A stretch of 64,000 bases of DNA, taken from positions 34,305,967 to 34,369,966 of the forward strand of contig CM120640.1 in the NCBI GenBank assembly GCA_051362555.1, read 5' to 3'. The notes beneath the pieces were generated by a model. The model ran no database searches, was not told the DNA's origin, and saw only the letters and a list, made by a program, of their open reading frames with translations. The position numbers were made by a program, and so were the translations under genes. Source of the DNA: Lingula anatina. Taxonomy: Eukaryota; Animalia; Brachiopoda. Below, one piece after another: positions 60,869 to 64,000 of this stretch. Position 1 is the first letter of the stretch. The number at the start of each line of letters is the position of its first letter.

Positions 60869-63682
60869 ACAATTTAAATGGATTCAAGTGTAAATAAACA
60901 TTTTAGTGAAAGGCTTTTTATTTTTTCTCAACCTAAGGTGCCCACTGTTAATTGTTACATTGTTAATTGTTAATCAGTGGACTCAGACAGTAAAATAAAT
61001 CGATAAATTTGAACATTTTCTAAGAGGTACCTATTTTCAGTTCTGTTGCCCGGTTTATGAGAATCGTCTTCCAGTCCTCAGCGGCCTGTTTTTTATGTGC
61101 ATCAAATTCTTCGTCACTGAATTCGTCTCCCTGACAAATTATATCCCACTGAAGATTACAAGGCCTGAAATGTAATGGAAACAATTCACAATTAAACATT
61201 AGTGTAATCTTTAAAATAACATGACGCCATATGTCAGTGCTGTTGGCTTTTATTTCTCTTGTCGCAACTTAAGTTTTTCAAAAAAAAATTTGAAAAGTAG
61301 CACACTCATTCTAAATAGCAAGGACTACAAAAAATGTAAAAAAAAAAAGCAATTTATTTCAAGGTACCTTTACACACGTCGGCATCATTATAGAAATAGC
61401 GTGTCATATTGTTCTTTGTTCATCTCGGTATCTAATCCCTTTAAATAGCTTATAGACGAGACGATGCCCACCTTTTACTCAACCAGTTCATAGCAATGCA
61501 GGATACACCCAGGTCCACGTAATTTGGCGGCAGACATCGTTCATAGAAATTAGTACCACTGGCCAGGAAAAACACGTTTTTATCTTGAGGAAGAAAGTTC
61601 CTTTGATCTTCAAATAAACCTGTAAGTTAGAATACCCTACTATAAACAACTGGATGACAGGAATACAATAACTGGTGTTCATGACCATAATCCCCATAAA
61701 ATTAACAATTAAACAGGCATTAATTCTATCAAATTTTGTACCTTGTGTTAGAAAGAATAATGACTTAAAATCGTTCCAGGGTTGATCCTCGTACACTATT
61801 ACAATCGGTTTTTCTTTCCCATATTTTGCTCGTACAGCTCCTGAAGAAAATCAACAGTTCAGTGTGTGACCTGTGACCTTGGGCACCAGTATACAATATA
61901 GCCAGAATTACCACAGTTTGAAAGTGATCTACATGCACAATGCAGTGTTTGATCCATGCTGCTGTTTAATGGTTAAAATTCTTAATCTAAAAAAGTGCAT
62001 TGAACTCTGTTAAAGAATGTGTACAATCTACTTTGAAAACTTAGATCTAACAAAGAAAAATATTTTTGTTAATTGAAAAACCTGCAGTTTAATTTTCAAA
62101 ATGTTCAAAATTAATTTTTAGGAGGTACTTATGATCTCCGTCATCAGTTTCATAGATGTTCCTCCATCTCCAGCACCGTAGTCACACACCACAAAGGGAT
62201 CCTTTGTGTTTTCATCAGTTCCATCTCCTTAAAAAGAAGCAATATCCTATACTATTAAATAACAGAGAGGGTTTACAATTTCTCGACTGCTTCTTCATTC
62301 TCTTAAACGCCAACGTAAGTCAACAGATGGAGACAAAAAGTGATACGAATAAAAATTTAAAGACAATTATTAAATGTGCCTACCAATTGTTTGCAGCGCA
62401 TAAGGCAATATGTCATTATACAATTTTTCGTAATTCACAGCATTTCTACTCCAAAAATGTGATCCGTGATGTCTATCCAACAGCCTGTACACAGGATACC
62501 TTGATTGAGAAATTTGGTCGCCAAAAGCTGTAAAAATATAAGAAGGATCTACTCTTAGACCACGGCACATTGCTTGTTCTTTTCAATCTATACTCGTTCT
62601 CTACAACTTTAAAATTTATTATTTTTGTTTAAAAAATGAGATATCAACTTGCATCAATAGACGTTTGTGCTTGCTTATTAAATGAATATCTCACCATAGA
62701 CCCCAAACTGAGGTTTCCTGGGTATACACCAAACTTGAAAAAACAAAACATTCATAGTGTACAATGAAGAGCATCATATTAAGTCATTCCATGTGAAGTG
62801 CCACATCGAGCGACGCGCGCGATATTGAACTTTCATAATTCTTTGAGTGCATTCCCAGAGATTTAGATCGATCCATCCGGATCGACCTAACTCCCTGCGG
62901 TTCGCGCTAAATTGCAGTCAGCCGAGCGCGCACGACAGTTAATTACCCCCTTACACCTTTTAGAAGGCGGGACAGACGCTTAAGCCGGCTAAGCTGACAG
63001 TAATCTAGTGAGACTCCACACAGGGATAGATCGATCTAAAATCTGTGGGAATGGGGTCTTTGTCTCTAAAGCCTTCTAGAACAACGTTCTTTCATGGGCA
63101 TGAATGTGCCCCTTTATCTTGAATCCATTCATTAAAAATGTCATCCAAAGTGTCCTTCGTCTTTTTCTATTTACTTTTCTTGGACAACAAAATAAATTTC
63201 AAAATTGCACACACACAATGATGCACTAGTACATGTACATGTTCATATTCATCAAAATAATGCGTATGGTACTGTGTCAATTCCAGACACGTAATGCTGT
63301 GGTAATGGCTCTAACAGATTTTTCATGTTTCATCCAGCAATAATAAGCAAAGTCTGGTTAATCGGGGCTTTGATGATATATGGTATACCTGTAGATTGGC
63401 CAGGGGCTCCATTGGAAAATTCTCATTGAAATCACCCTGGATACCCTAACATGCCTGAGCCTTATGGTGATTTCTGGCCAATTTTATCACACTTATGTCT
63501 GTCGGCCATGACATATGTAGTCACAGCTTTGACTTGATAAAATTGCAAAATATTATCAACATATCTCTGGTGTTTTTAACAACAGTATATTGTGAAAATA
63601 TGACATAATAAACATGATATGAGGATATGACTCTGTAAAGTCACATACCTGTTGAACACGGGGCGCCATCTTGTTGATCCAT
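59082..63682 (-). CDS. SAM-dependent carboxyl methyltransferase-like protein (SABATH / Methyltransf_7 family), 402 aa
   Basis: Nine phase-compatible exons: 63682-63649, 62527-62384, 62227-62129, 61840-61742, 61619-61472, 61164-61031, 60132-59996, 59807-59633, 59320-59082; total 1209 nt. Motifs VCDYGAGDGGTS, YEDQPWNDFKSLF, GTNFYERCLPPNYVDLGVSCIAMNWLS, QAAEDWKTILINRATELKIG, YQRSEEEFKAPF and FRAWSE parallel the SABATH motifs IADLGCSSG, NDLPxNDFNxLF, GSFYxRLFP...LHWLS and DFxxFLxxRxxELxxGG. The first exon is the least certain. Confidence 0.88.
60135..60172 (-). repeat. (TTA)n microsatellite abutting the exon 7 acceptor of the methyltransferase
   Basis: The minus strand reads (TTA)n-AG|GTGCCCAC. 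Confidence 0.9.
62845..63058. mobile_element. MITE in methyltransferase intron 1, related to the 57.2-kb foldback element
   Basis: TIR CATTCCCAGAGATTTAGATCGATCCATCC matches GGATAGATCGATCTAAAATCTGTGGGAATG. TTT lies on both flanks. It shares GCTAAATTGCA and TAATTACCCCC with 57192-57434. Confidence 0.7.
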
Positions 63683-63998
63683 ATTGTTTTGTCAAAACAA
63701 ATTTTTATGCTCAAGGCCAACACTTCCGCGTTATTTACGTTCTATGCAAAGCCATTTTAAGTTGAATCACCCAACTATATTGAAACATGCTTTGCGTGTT
63801 AAACTCAGGAGTTGGATAAAACCTACTGGTACATAAAATGTCGTTCTGTGAGTCGATAAGTGTCGAACTATAGTGCTCCGCTATATATTTATACTGATAC
63901 TCAAAACTTTTATCAAAATAACCATTGGTTTTTTATTTTTTCAATTTTCTCCAAACGGAGCCTTTGAGGCAAAATTTGTACAGTGTGCGCACGCGCCC
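63664..63998 (-). promoter_or_regulatory. Probable promoter of the methyltransferase gene (YY1-, ETS- and NRF1-like motifs)
   Basis: CAAGATGGCG on the minus strand at 63673-63664, CACTTCCG at 63721 and TGCGCACGCGC near 63986. Motif matches only. Confidence 0.35.
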
Positions 63999-64000
63999 TT

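Noticed and set aside
63255-63395. Possible extra exon in methyltransferase intron 1 (CTACAG acceptor on the minus strand)
   Set aside because: All three frames hit stops before a convincing donor, and exon 1 already splices in frame to exon 2.
1-64000. tRNA, rRNA or snoRNA genes, and prokaryotic-type systems
   Set aside because: None were recognisable by eye. Small intronic ncRNAs cannot be excluded without an Infernal/Rfam scan.

Overview
AT-rich, intron-rich animal genomic DNA. The gene set and repeats suggest a marine invertebrate, probably a mollusc (inference). I spliced four protein-coding genes by hand using exon phase and protein motifs. (1) The 3' part of nucleoporin NUP160 (+, 24 exons, 3083-18324), with one U12-type intron and one GC-AG intron. 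(2) A 697-aa TCFL5/SOHLH-like bHLH transcription factor (-, 22941-18971) whose bHLH domain is split across small exons and is missing from the ORF track. (3) A complete TRPN1/NompC mechanosensitive channel (+, 28 exons, 24482-54946, about 1672 aa, about 29-30 ankyrin repeats). (4) A 402-aa SABATH/Methyltransf_7-type methyltransferase (-, 63682-59082). Mobile DNA includes a Helitron/Helentron-like element with a 146-bp tandem array, two TACGG-ended IS3EU-like MITEs, a decayed DIRS retrotransposon with a nested Tc1 remnant, two related foldback MITEs and an RTE-like LINE fragment. I see no clear-cut new multi-gene system. The best leads are candidate alternative first exons of TRPN1 (one would shorten the ankyrin spring), the hidden bHLH gene head-to-head with TRPN1 across X-box-like motifs, the animal SABATH-like enzyme, and three tandem duplications that each copy a splice site. 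All family assignments come from recalled motifs, not database searches.
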